Shown here: positions 32,974-42,098 of the stretch, in pieces
Layout: each line of letters opens with the position of its first letter
Position numbering within the stretch: the stretch's first letter is position 1
NCBI GenBank assembly: GCA_964228975.1
Contig: CAXRCC010000102.1
Location: forward strand, 1-54,270
Direction: 5' to 3'
Source of the DNA: Paraneptunicella sp.
GTDB taxonomy: Bacteria; Pseudomonadota; Gammaproteobacteria; Enterobacterales; Alteromonadaceae
Length of the DNA stretch: 54,270 nucleotides
Notes under the pieces: model-generated
The model's database searches: none
What the model was told of the DNA's origin: nothing
Seen by the model: only the letters and a program-made list of their open reading frames with translations
Position numbers and translations under genes: made by a program

Positions 32974-33091
32974 GCTTACGCCATTTTCGAGTAGTTGTAT
33001 TTAACGGATGCTTTTAGGTAAAAGACAGCGGCTCATTTGTTGCCTTACGCTGGCAAGCAAACAGTTAACTAAGCCAGCGGCAAAAAAGTCT

Positions 33092-33868
33092 TTACGCTTT
33101 AACCAGCAGAGTAAACTCAAGGCTTACGCGACTATCATCACCTAAGTTCGGCATTCCGCCATGCAATAATTTATCGTGGAAAACCACAAAACCACCGGGC
33201 CCTAAAGGCAACCCGACTAGGTTTAAATCTTCTTCTTTTTCATCGAGTACCGGCTTCATCATGCCGCCTCGCTCCTCACCATGAAAACGCCAAGCATCGC
33301 TTTTTTGCGACTCTGGCACCACGCGTAATCCGCTTTTTCCAGGCTGAGAATGTAGGCTCATCCAAATCTTTAAACGGTAATATTCACCGGGCGCACCGGG
33401 CATGTCGCCATGACCGAGATCCCAAAACCATTTATCCGCGTGTACCGGGCCAATATCAGCGCCACCTGGCCTCACTAAGCGCCAATAAATCCCCGGCCAA
33501 CCAAACCCTTCTTCATCCGACACAAGGAAGTCACCAAGGCTTTGCTTTAACGTTTGGAAAAAAGCCAATTGGTAAACACTTTCCACCGCCATTGGTCCTA
33601 ACACACGAGACGACTTACGCCACACACTGCCATGTTCGAAATGCTCTGGCTGATAAACTCTGTGATAGTTAGCCAGTCCCGCTTCGCGATATAAAGAGAC
33701 AAACTCCGGAGACACACATTGAATCGTATGCAAATATTGCTCGGTTACCCACTGCCTTAACTGATGTAAATCTGAGTCGGTCATGTTGGCAAGGTAAAAG
33801 CCCGGGCCCGCATTAACTTCACTAAGAAGTGACTCTTGATTGAGATCTTCAAGCGTATGTACTTGCAT
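33092..33868 (-). CDS. Fe(II)/2-oxoglutarate dioxygenase, PhyH-like
   Basis: HAD (HxD) motif, GLRVVPES, FHDKLLHGG (distal His), SRVSLEF (2OG-binding Arg). Confidence 0.85.
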   Translation of the reverse strand: MQVHTLEDLNQESLLSEVNAGPGFYLANMTDSDLHQLRQWVTEQYLHTIQCVSPEFVSLYREAGLANYHRVYQPEHFEHGSVWRKSSRVLGPMAVESVYQLAFFQTLKQSLGDFLVSDEEGFGWPGIYWRLVRPGGADIGPVHADKWFWDLGHGDMPGAPGEYYRLKIWMSLHSQPGKSGLRVVPESQKSDAWRFHGEERGGMMKPVLDEKEEDLNLVGLPLGPGGFVVFHDKLLHGGMPNLGDDSRVSLEFTLLVKA

Positions 33869-33942
33869 TTTACTGTCCTCTCACTTTTGCTTTAATGCAC
33901 TGAATGCACGTAAAAAGTTAACGTCCTGTGTACTCTAAAGGC

Positions 33943-35253
33943 TTACTTTACGGGCCGGATTGATTCAAATCTAATAAAGGACTGAATCAAGCACTCCCGC
34001 GTATCCGGGTTCCAGTCAATCAACTGATTTTCATCGGCAAAGCGGAAGTCTTTGTCTATCTCGATTTTTCTATCAATAAAACGCTCACGGCTCGACCCTT
34101 GATAATCATCCACTATCATTTTCGTAGTGATGTAAGAGGCGGTTTTACTTAAATGGCACAGCTGCTTAGGACCGTTTGAGCACCCCATATTTACATAAGC
34201 GCCTTCATACAGCGCCATGCGTAAATCCATGTGAAAAGACGCCACAGGAAAATAGTACACATTGCTCGCACTAAAAGGAGCCTCTTCAAACACGCACTCC
34301 GTGTCGCGAATCACCACCACCGACAACGAAGGATGCGTATCCAAGAGCCATTTGAAGAATTCGTCCCACTGCGCAATATCGCTATTGCGTTTAGGCTGTA
34401 ACGTACTTTCACGCAGCGTTACAGTAATGAAAGCCTGCTTGTTTTCGGGTAACTGATGCTCAACCCATTGCTGTACGTAATGAGACGCTTTAGGCGTTGA
34501 ATGGAATCGACGAGGATCGACACCTTGGTCTAACCAATAGTAAAAATCTTTATGAACCGTAATGGGGGGAGGGTTATCGAGTCGGTAATCCAATGGGAAT
34601 CGATGGGACTGATTGTCTAAATACATTTGTGCTTGCGAACGAGAAGTGCAATAAGTCATGCCCTTACAAGCTGGAATCAGCGCACAGGCTTGCTTTACGA
34701 TATTCTCTGCTCGCCACAACCTTTCATGTTCTTCTAAACAATACGCTTGCGCTTCCCATTGCGTATCGCGCGCAACAATCACCATGTGCAAGTGCTGTAA
34801 GCCTTGCTGCTCACGATAACAATCGGCAGTCGCCAGAAAAGACGTTACATCGTAAGTTTCTGAGCTTCTGTTTAAGTCATAGTACGCATACAAAATACGG
34901 CTATCATCCACTTCTTCCAGCATTTTTTTATGCTCAGATAAATCGCAAAAGATATGTCTGTCGTAGCTATACACCTTAATTTTCTCAGGCGATGCTCCCA
35001 TTGCAATAAGCTGAGAAGACACGGCTTCAATCACTTCTGGCTTATCCCACAAAGTCAGAATGATAACGTCATAGTGCCCATTTTGAATCAATGCTTGCGT
35101 TGGCTTTTCAACATCAAAACCCAAAAAGTCGCCCGTTTTGTTGTTGTCTAATAACGCCACTAACTCGAAGGGTTTAGCATCACCAGATTGAATAAACTTT
35201 TCGAAAACCACACCTGCGCCAAACACCAAAGCATCTTGCTTTATACTTCCCAT
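33943..35253 (-). CDS. Hypothetical protein: N-terminal Rossmann-like domain plus putative GT-B glycosyltransferase-like domain
   Basis: N-terminal LVFGAG...LLDNN...YDVIIL; C-terminal ITVTLRE..KRNSD..W and 'RMALYEGAYVNMGCSNGP', reminiscent of GT9-like GT-B motifs. Confidence 0.5.
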   Translation of the reverse strand: MGSIKQDALVFGAGVVFEKFIQSGDAKPFELVALLDNNKTGDFLGFDVEKPTQALIQNGHYDVIILTLWDKPEVIEAVSSQLIAMGASPEKIKVYSYDRHIFCDLSEHKKMLEEVDDSRILYAYYDLNRSSETYDVTSFLATADCYREQQGLQHLHMVIVARDTQWEAQAYCLEEHERLWRAENIVKQACALIPACKGMTYCTSRSQAQMYLDNQSHRFPLDYRLDNPPPITVHKDFYYWLDQGVDPRRFHSTPKASHYVQQWVEHQLPENKQAFITVTLRESTLQPKRNSDIAQWDEFFKWLLDTHPSLSVVVIRDTECVFEEAPFSASNVYYFPVASFHMDLRMALYEGAYVNMGCSNGPKQLCHLSKTASYITTKMIVDDYQGSSRERFIDRKIEIDKDFRFADENQLIDWNPDTRECLIQSFIRFESIRPVK

Positions 35254-35295
35254 TTTCGCCCTTCCTCTAATACCGTAACAACTTTCATATGGCGT

Positions 35296-35967
35296 TTACT
35301 TAGCACACACAGCAAACAAGTAATGCGCCATGGGGTAAAAGCCAGTATGAACCACTTCATCATTCATTGAGAATAAAAACACATGGCGAAAATGGGTTTC
35401 CAATAACGCTTTGAAATCGTTGCCTGATTTGCAATTAACATGGCCAATTTTACTTTGAGGCGAGGCGTACTGCTGACTTTCTAAGGAAGGAATACCAATA
35501 ATGACAACACCGTCATCATGGGTTGAGTGTTTAAGGTTCTCAACAATTTGATGCTCTTTTTCAGCTTCAATGTGTTCGAAGACATCCAAACAATATACGG
35601 CGTCAAAAGGTTGATTATTCGGTACAAGGGGACCGGCAGTAATATCGTGGACCAGCGCATTATCGTGCCACTGTTTATTCGGTGATGCGGCAATTGACTC
35701 AACAAACAAGGGGTCAAAATCGGTAACGGTTAAACTGCCGACTTCACTGGCAACAACCCGTGAACCGAATGCATCACCGCATCCAATCTCGGCGACCCGT
35801 GCTTTGCCCGCCAACATCTTGGCAACGAACTTATAACGGGACAAGACAAACACAACACGTTTAGGATCTTCGTGCCAAACCTGATTGGTCATCCAGCCAA
35901 GTTCTGTCTTATCAAAGTCAAAATTACCGCTGTATTGTTCTTCTTTTGCTTGTTTTTGTGTTGTCAT
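35296..35967 (-). CDS. Class I SAM-dependent methyltransferase
   Basis: VAEIGCGDAFG, TDFD, FDAVYCLDVFEHI. Start set at ATG 35967; the ORF track extends to TTG 36033. Confidence 0.92.
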   Translation of the reverse strand: MTTQKQAKEEQYSGNFDFDKTELGWMTNQVWHEDPKRVVFVLSRYKFVAKMLAGKARVAEIGCGDAFGSRVVASEVGSLTVTDFDPLFVESIAASPNKQWHDNALVHDITAGPLVPNNQPFDAVYCLDVFEHIEAEKEHQIVENLKHSTHDDGVVIIGIPSLESQQYASPQSKIGHVNCKSGNDFKALLETHFRHVFLFSMNDEVVHTGFYPMAHYLFAVCAK

Positions 35968-36047
35968 GATATTTCTGCTTGAAATGCGTACCGCTAGAAA
36001 AATTAAAGCAACGTTGATGTTGCTAAAATTCAATATTACTCAGGTTT

Positions 36048-36075
36048 ATATCGTCCAAGAGCACTTTTTCTTTGA
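36048..36075 (-). promoter_or_regulatory. Candidate sigma-28 (FliA) promoter driving the 8-gene accessory operon
   Basis: Minus strand TCAAAG-N14-GACGATAT versus consensus CTAAAG-N14-GCCGATAA; correct orientation, about 80 nt upstream of the first ATG. Confidence 0.6.
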
Positions 36076-36217
36076 ACTTTTTTATTAACCCACCTATTGT
36101 AACGCGAAGCGTGTTCGCATTGTTTTAAAAAATGCGGCACCGCACTGTTATTTCAGTTATTTACACTGCCTTGCGCGCGCTTCGTAAGGTTAACGCTCAA
36201 GGTACCCCTGTTTTCTT

Positions 36218-36835
36218 ATGTCTAACGCGCCCTATCCTATCCCTGCTAATCCTCATCAGTTTGAAGAAGAAATTAAGAAGAGCCGGTTTATCACCTACCT
36301 TGCTCACACCCCGAACATGGCAGCAGCAAAAGCCTTTGTAGATAGCATAAAAGAAAAGCACAGAGACGCGCGTCACAATTGTTGGGCGTTTGTATCCTCT
36401 CGCCCTGAAGATTCCACGCAATGGGGCTGCAGTGATGACGGAGAACCTTCTGGCACAGCTGGTAGGCCAATGCTAGCGCAACTTTCAGGCAGTGGAATTG
36501 GTGAAATCACAGCAGTAACAACACGCTACTCTGGCGGCATTAAACTTGGAACAGGTGGCCTAGTGAAAGCCTATGGCGGAGGGGTTAAACAAGCGCTTGA
36601 AGGTCTAACGACTGTCGAAAAAGTGCCACAAACGGAAATGACCTTACACTGCACCTACGAACAAGTTAGCTTAGTGGAACATGTATGCAGTGAGTTTGCT
36701 GCCGAGATTTTGCAGCGGGATTACAGTGAGAACTTAACATTATTGGTGACGTTAGATGCCCGATCAACCGCGCCGTTTCAACAATCGCTCATTAACAAAA
36801 GCTCTGGCAAAGTCACCATTAAAATAAACGAGTAG
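36218..36835 (+). CDS. yigZ: YigZ/IMPACT family protein
   Basis: IKKSRFI, ARHNCWAF, SDDGEPSGTAG, GGIKLGTGGLVKAY. Confidence 0.95.
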   Translation: MSNAPYPIPANPHQFEEEIKKSRFITYLAHTPNMAAAKAFVDSIKEKHRDARHNCWAFVSSRPEDSTQWGCSDDGEPSGTAGRPMLAQLSGSGIGEITAVTTRYSGGIKLGTGGLVKAYGGGVKQALEGLTTVEKVPQTEMTLHCTYEQVSLVEHVCSEFAAEILQRDYSENLTLLVTLDARSTAPFQQSLINKSSGKVTIKINE

Positions 36836-36838
36836 AAA

Positions 36839-36868
36839 GAAAAAAGCCGACAATCATGTCGGCCTTTT
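36839..36868. terminator. Bidirectional terminator (yigZ / mdh)
   Basis: AAAAAGCCGACA-ATCA-TGTCGGCCTTTT. Confidence 0.85.
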
Positions 36869-36889
36869 GAGTAGCATCAATAACGGATA

Positions 36890-37828
36890 TTAACCGTTAA
36901 CGAAATCTACACCCAGTTTGATGTCACCACGAAGGCCTTCAAGCATGTCGTCTTTTGCTTTTTGCTCAAATGCACTCAGTTCGCCGTAAGGCAGAATTTC
37001 TTCAACACCATTCTTACCTAAACGAACAGGGTGAGAGAAGAACGCAGCATCGTCGCTGTCATCTGTTTGTACGTATGTGTACTCAACAACGTCTTCACCT
37101 TGCATTGCTTTAGCTAAAGACAAGCAGAAACGTGCAGCTGCTTGGCCCATTGAAAGCGTTGCAGAACCGCCGCCCGCTTTTGCTTCAACCACTTCAGTAC
37201 CCGCGTTTTGAATGCGGTGAGTTAGGCTAGAAACCTCTTCATCAGAGAACTCAACACCTTTGACTTGAGAAAGCAATGGCAAAATAGTGGTGCCAGAGTG
37301 ACCACCGATTACCGGAACGTGGATGTTTGCAACATCTTGGCCTTTCAACTCAGCAACGAAGGTTTCTGCACGGATAACGTCAAGCGTTGTAACACCGAAC
37401 AATTTATTCTTATCGTAAACGCCTTTTGCTTTTAACGTTTCAGCAGCGATAGCAACTGTTGTATTTACAGGGTTTGTGATAATACAAGTACAAGCATTAG
37501 GGCAGTTGTCTGCGATACCTTCAACCAATGTTTTAACGATACCAGCATTGATGTTGAACAAGTCAGAACGGTCCATACCAGGCTTACGAGGTACACCTGC
37601 TGGAATAAGTACGATGTCACAACCTTCAAGTGCTTGCGCTAAATCGTCTTTTCCGAAACCTTTTACTTTCACATCAGTTGGGATGTGGCTCAAATCTACA
37701 GCTACACCAGGTACTACTGGAGCAACATCATATAAGGACAACTCAGAACCCGCTGGCAAGTTAGTTTTTAACAATAAAGATAAAGCCTGACCAATACCAC
37801 CGGCAGCGCCTAAGACTGCTACTTTCAT
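36890..37828 (-). CDS. mdh: Malate dehydrogenase
   Basis: [36 protein letters not shown]; divergent from argR. Confidence 0.99.
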   Translation of the reverse strand: MKVAVLGAAGGIGQALSLLLKTNLPAGSELSLYDVAPVVPGVAVDLSHIPTDVKVKGFGKDDLAQALEGCDIVLIPAGVPRKPGMDRSDLFNINAGIVKTLVEGIADNCPNACTCIITNPVNTTVAIAAETLKAKGVYDKNKLFGVTTLDVIRAETFVAELKGQDVANIHVPVIGGHSGTTILPLLSQVKGVEFSDEEVSSLTHRIQNAGTEVVEAKAGGGSATLSMGQAAARFCLSLAKAMQGEDVVEYTYVQTDDSDDAAFFSHPVRLGKNGVEEILPYGELSAFEQKAKDDMLEGLRGDIKLGVDFVNG

Positions 37829-37991
37829 TTCATTCTCCTATGAGTGCTTTTACGCAAGCGTAATAATATGAGGGCGTAAAGATACTTCTCTTTAGCTATT
37901 CATACAAGTGTTGAAGCCCCCTAGAGAGATTAGATTGCATTTTTAATAGTGATATGGAAAATATCAAAGCGTAATGTAAAGGGGACACAAA

Positions 37992-38453
37992 GTGGCATCA
38001 AAGCAAGAAGACGAAATCAAAGCCTTTCGAGAAATTCTTAAAAATGAAAGTTATGGCTCACAAGGAGAAATTGTTGAAGCCTTAAAAGAAATGGGCTTTG
38101 CTCATATTAGCCAATCTAAAGTGTCTCGTATGCTTAGCAAATTTGGTGCGGTAAGAGCCAGAAACGCAAAGGGCGACATGGTTTATTGTCTACCCCCTGA
38201 GCTGGGCATGCCAACGGCAAAAAGCTCACTAAAACAATTAGTTCTGGATGTGATGCACAATAACGTCATGATTGTTATCCGCACTACACCGGGCGCCGCT
38301 CAGCTCATTGCGCGATTACTGGATTCTTTAGGCCGTTCAGAAGGTGTATTGGGAACCATCGCAGGAGACGACACTATCTTCATCGCACCTGCGGACGTTA
38401 ATGAAATCGAACAAATCCGCCAACAAGTCGAAAGAATGTTCGAAACGGTTTAA
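37992..38453 (+). CDS. argR: Arginine repressor
   Basis: [30 protein letters not shown]. Confidence 0.98.
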   Translation: MASKQEDEIKAFREILKNESYGSQGEIVEALKEMGFAHISQSKVSRMLSKFGAVRARNAKGDMVYCLPPELGMPTAKSSLKQLVLDVMHNNVMIVIRTTPGAAQLIARLLDSLGRSEGVLGTIAGDDTIFIAPADVNEIEQIRQQVERMFETV

Positions 38454-38601
38454 CCCGTTGCTGCAACGTTTCAAAATCAGATTCAAATGAGTACAGCTAA
38501 CCTAAACGAGCTGAAGCCGTCTTGGCTTGGTTGTACTCCCTTAATTTGTATTAACTCAGATGTACTAGCTCAGACTTGATCAATAACATCGCCGTATATA
38601 A

Positions 38602-38691
38602 CCCTACCTAACATCGCCTTACCTAACATTTCCCTATCCAGCATCTCTCTATTCAGCATCGCCCTATCCAACATCACCTTACCTAGTGCCT
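38602..38691. repeat. Degenerate 15-bp tandem repeat, six units
   Basis: ccctacctaacatcg / ccttacctaacattt / ccctatccagcatct / ctctattcagcatcg / ccctatccaacatca / ccttacctagtgcct. Confidence 0.85.
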
Positions 38692-38769
38692 CTGAACCTA
38701 AAATAAGATCACACCTAATTTAAAGCCTATTACAGCTGAACCGAAAATAGCTCACGCTTGACTTAATGC

Positions 38770-40812
38770 CTATTGCAGCTGTGGATACTGACTAATCAAG
38801 TAATCGTAAGTGGCTTTGTCACTCACTGCTTTTCGCGTGACCCATTGCTTATGACTTAAGTGAATAACAGCGCCCGCTTGAATTAATCCTTTTACAAATA
38901 CATCTTTACTGTACTTGATATCAATTTGCTGAAGCGCTATGTCCAAGGCATCAAAAGTCCGACTATCCGTACTGATATCCACTCCTTGAGATAACATAAA
39001 CGCAAACATTCGTTCTGCACGGTAGCTGACACTGAGCTTTAAGGCACTTTCACCGAGTTGATTAGTAAAGTTCAAATCCAAACCATAAGGCAATAAGGCT
39101 TTTGCCAGCGCTACATCGTCTTTTCTAAGCAGCTGATAAATAATCGTTGATGCAAGTGCAACACCAGAATCCAGCAACGCAAAAACATGCTCATTGGGCG
39201 CATTGTAAAGAATAAACAAGTTCACCAGAAACGGCATCATGTGCTCATTACCCGTAGACGTTAAATAGTGAACGGATTCATCCCAACGCTTTTCTTTAAC
39301 CAAATCCAACACGGTTTCGTATATGCTTTTGGTTTCGTCTTCTATTTCGTCATAGTCACTGTTGGCTTGACTAATGCGCTGCCGCCTTTCCTTATTGCTT
39401 CGTTTAACCAATTCTCGGCGATACGCTTCAATGATCTCTTTGCTTTCAATGCTATCGCCCTCGCCTAAATGCGCTTCAATATCTGACCGTTGTGTGTATA
39501 GCCCTTCTGCCTCTGCGATACGAGCTAACAATACCTTTCGTGCTTTCTTTTCTTGGATTGCATTAGAACCCGAACGCTTCAATGCGGTATTTTCAATATG
39601 TTTAGCAATGAATCGTGTGGCTTCACTCAAACAACTGTGTTCAATCTCCGCATTCACATCAAACTCAACGACATCGTGTAATAACAGCGCTCTGACCTTT
39701 TGCATCAACAACGCTGCGCTTAACCGTTGCTCTGATGTGACATGCAATTCATTGCCAGCCGACAATTGTTCTTGGTACATCACAACTTGCTCGGCATTAA
39801 GTTGCTCACGAACCCATGACTTACCCAATTCCGTATTAGGTTTGCCGCCCCACGACAACATCGCCACACTGAGCGCATTGAGTTGTGCAGGTGATAACAC
39901 ATCTTCGCTGCGTTTAAGTAAATCCAAAGCATTGGGAGAATAGGGATCAGGGCTAATTGGGCTCCCCTGCTCTAACCACAATTCTATAAGTTGCGGCGAT
40001 TGCGCGTTCACAGCATGAGTCAGCAAAGAGTGATAACGACCATGAGACTTAAGTACTTTATTGGCATTTAAGCCACTAGCGTAATACATGTCTGAAACCG
40101 TTAATGCCGATACACCGAACACAGTAGCCGCCGCTAAATCGGTGTAAGTGGGCCTCGCACCGAGTTCAATCATATGCTTGATCAACGTCTCAGGCTCGTC
40201 GGCCTTTACAATAATATGTTCAAGTAGCGAAGCCGCGCCTCGGCTATTGTGAAAAACCACATCGAAACGAAAGGTGCCCGCATCCACAGCCTTTTCGATA
40301 GGGGCCACTTCACCATAGCGGATGAAATTACGCACTAAGCGTTGTTGCTCTACACTGACTTCATCAAGCACTTCATCGTGATATTTAGGCTTACGCTTAA
40401 TTTTTCGAAAATCCGTTTTTAGTGCTCGCGCTTTACTTGCTGTAAAGCCCATTTGATTAAAAGCGTAATCATAAGCTGCGTTTTCAACAGGCTCGCTTTG
40501 CACCAGCTTTTGTAATTGATAACGCTGACGCTTAGCCCAATCTTCGGTTAACTTATGGTGTGCAATAAAACGATCGCATTGATTCGACAACGCTTCTTCA
40601 TTCTCGCTTTGCTTGTGAATGGCAACCGTTTTTTTATCCGCAGGTTTTGGAAAATAGGCAAGCTGAAACGCCTTTTGCTCGACACCATTTCCAGAATGAG
40701 AAACGGCATCGGGCGTAGGTGGAAATAAACGTTCAGAAAACTGTGTGATAAGTAAGGTAATTGCGACAACAAAAACAACAAATAGCCCTTTTGTTTTGTT
40801 ATTCCCCAGCAA
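38770..40812 (-). CDS. Membrane-anchored/exported protein with ankyrin-like repeats
   Basis: N-terminal hydrophobic anchor; 'SLLTHAVNAQSPQLIELWLEQG' and 'GESALKLSVSYRAERMFAFMLSQGVD'. TTG start 9 nt after AAGGAG. Confidence 0.7.
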   Translation of the reverse strand: MLGNNKTKGLFVVFVVAITLLITQFSERLFPPTPDAVSHSGNGVEQKAFQLAYFPKPADKKTVAIHKQSENEEALSNQCDRFIAHHKLTEDWAKRQRYQLQKLVQSEPVENAAYDYAFNQMGFTASKARALKTDFRKIKRKPKYHDEVLDEVSVEQQRLVRNFIRYGEVAPIEKAVDAGTFRFDVVFHNSRGAASLLEHIIVKADEPETLIKHMIELGARPTYTDLAAATVFGVSALTVSDMYYASGLNANKVLKSHGRYHSLLTHAVNAQSPQLIELWLEQGSPISPDPYSPNALDLLKRSEDVLSPAQLNALSVAMLSWGGKPNTELGKSWVREQLNAEQVVMYQEQLSAGNELHVTSEQRLSAALLMQKVRALLLHDVVEFDVNAEIEHSCLSEATRFIAKHIENTALKRSGSNAIQEKKARKVLLARIAEAEGLYTQRSDIEAHLGEGDSIESKEIIEAYRRELVKRSNKERRQRISQANSDYDEIEDETKSIYETVLDLVKEKRWDESVHYLTSTGNEHMMPFLVNLFILYNAPNEHVFALLDSGVALASTIIYQLLRKDDVALAKALLPYGLDLNFTNQLGESALKLSVSYRAERMFAFMLSQGVDISTDSRTFDALDIALQQIDIKYSKDVFVKGLIQAGAVIHLSHKQWVTRKAVSDKATYDYLISQYPQLQ

Positions 40813-40834
40813 GCAGGCAATCTCCTTATCGATA

Positions 40835-42004
40835 TTATTTAAGTATCAAATCTAACCACACGAGACGATGATCAGAAGAAGCCTTACGATCACTGATTAA
40901 ACGATAGGTCTCTTCATCTTTTGTTGGCCAGAAAACAGCACCGTCTTTGATGTCAAATCCCGCTTTAGAGGGCAGCACATAGTCGGCTCTCATTCCCCAG
41001 TAAGCCGTGTGAAATGGGGCATTAACATTATTAGGCTTGGCAGCTTTAGCCCCTTCGCTCGACGGAGTAAAGCTCGAATTTATTTTATCGTGCTTCGCTA
41101 AGTTTTTGATTGCGTTACCGAATGAGTCTCCTTCAAGGTAAGATGCATTCAAATCCCCCAATACCACAAATTGCTCACCCTGAAAGGCTGACTTTCTGCC
41201 TTGGTCATCATAAAAGTAGCCTTCACCGTTTAAGTAATCAACCCAAAATTGTACTTCGTCGTGATTACGTTTGCCGTTTCTATCTTCTGGTCCATCAAAA
41301 ACGGGAGGGGTAGGATGGCTCGCCAAAACATGAACTGTACGACCATCAATATTCACGGGTAAATCCCAATGAGACTTTGAAGATAAGCGCAGAATAGCTT
41401 GTGCTTGTGGTGAATACCACGGCGTTCCATCTAGCTTTGTGATCTTACTCAGTAAGTTATTCGGCATATCTTTCCACAAAAAGCCCTGAAACGTTCTAAT
41501 TTCGTCGTCCATAATGGGAAAGCGGCTCAGCACCAACATGCCGTATTGCCCTGGGTAATGTCCAAAGCCGAACTTGTCCGAAAGGCCGCCCGTTTTGCCA
41601 TCACCGTTTAGATCTATTCCTGCTGGCACCCCAGTATTCACCGGAGCAACATAATAATATGGGTAGTTGATGGGCGATTGACCTGACTGCGATTGCTTTA
41701 AATAATGTTCAATAAACTTTTTCACGCCCTCTTTTTCGTTCGAGATGTAATCAAACTCATTGATCAACAAAATATCCGGACGCACCCGTTGAATAATCTC
41801 AGCGACATTTTTAATTTGTTGTTCATTGCCATGCGCTAAGCGCTGTTTCAGCTCATTTCCCTTTGGCGTTTTGCCCTGTTCAACATAGTTACTCCCGTCC
41901 ATACTTGCATTAAACGTGGCTACGCGAAGGGTTTGTGCATTTGCATGCATACTTGCTCCTAGAAGCATTATTAGAATTAACAGATGTTTAGCCATACTAC
42001 TCAT
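40835..42004 (-). CDS. Secreted endonuclease/exonuclease/phosphatase (EEP) family protein
   Basis: Signal peptide (ANA|Q), VATFN, PDILLINEFD, GDLNA, RADYVLP, SSDHRLVW. Confidence 0.9.
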   Translation of the reverse strand: MSSMAKHLLILIMLLGASMHANAQTLRVATFNASMDGSNYVEQGKTPKGNELKQRLAHGNEQQIKNVAEIIQRVRPDILLINEFDYISNEKEGVKKFIEHYLKQSQSGQSPINYPYYYVAPVNTGVPAGIDLNGDGKTGGLSDKFGFGHYPGQYGMLVLSRFPIMDDEIRTFQGFLWKDMPNNLLSKITKLDGTPWYSPQAQAILRLSSKSHWDLPVNIDGRTVHVLASHPTPPVFDGPEDRNGKRNHDEVQFWVDYLNGEGYFYDDQGRKSAFQGEQFVVLGDLNASYLEGDSFGNAIKNLAKHDKINSSFTPSSEGAKAAKPNNVNAPFHTAYWGMRADYVLPSKAGFDIKDGAVFWPTKDEETYRLISDRKASSDHRLVWLDLILK

Positions 42005-42049
42005 TTCATACTTTAGCGAATCATTCGACGCCGACTATACCACAGACAC

Positions 42050-42078
42050 AAAAAAGCCGACCCTAAGGTCGGCTTTTT
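42050..42078 (-). terminator. Intrinsic terminator between the TBDR and EEP genes
   Basis: AAAAAAGCCGACC-CTAA-GGTCGGCTTTTT. Confidence 0.85.
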
Positions 42079-42098
42079 CATTCAACAGATTCTAACCA

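Noticed and set aside
28439-36100. Accessory operon as a mobile element or genomic island with defined ends
   Set aside because: No integrase, transposase, tRNA target or flanking direct repeats were seen; a compositional shift could not be measured by eye.
37930-37960. Possible ARG box upstream of argR (TTGCATTTTTAATAG)
   Set aside because: Only a half-site resembles the consensus and no tandem second box is evident.
38602-38691. Repeat array considered as a CRISPR
   Set aside because: Units are contiguous 15-mers without unique spacers, and no cas genes are present.
39374-39943. 189-aa plus-strand ORF
   Set aside because: Antisense shadow of the ankyrin-like gene; Ser/Cys-rich and without motifs.
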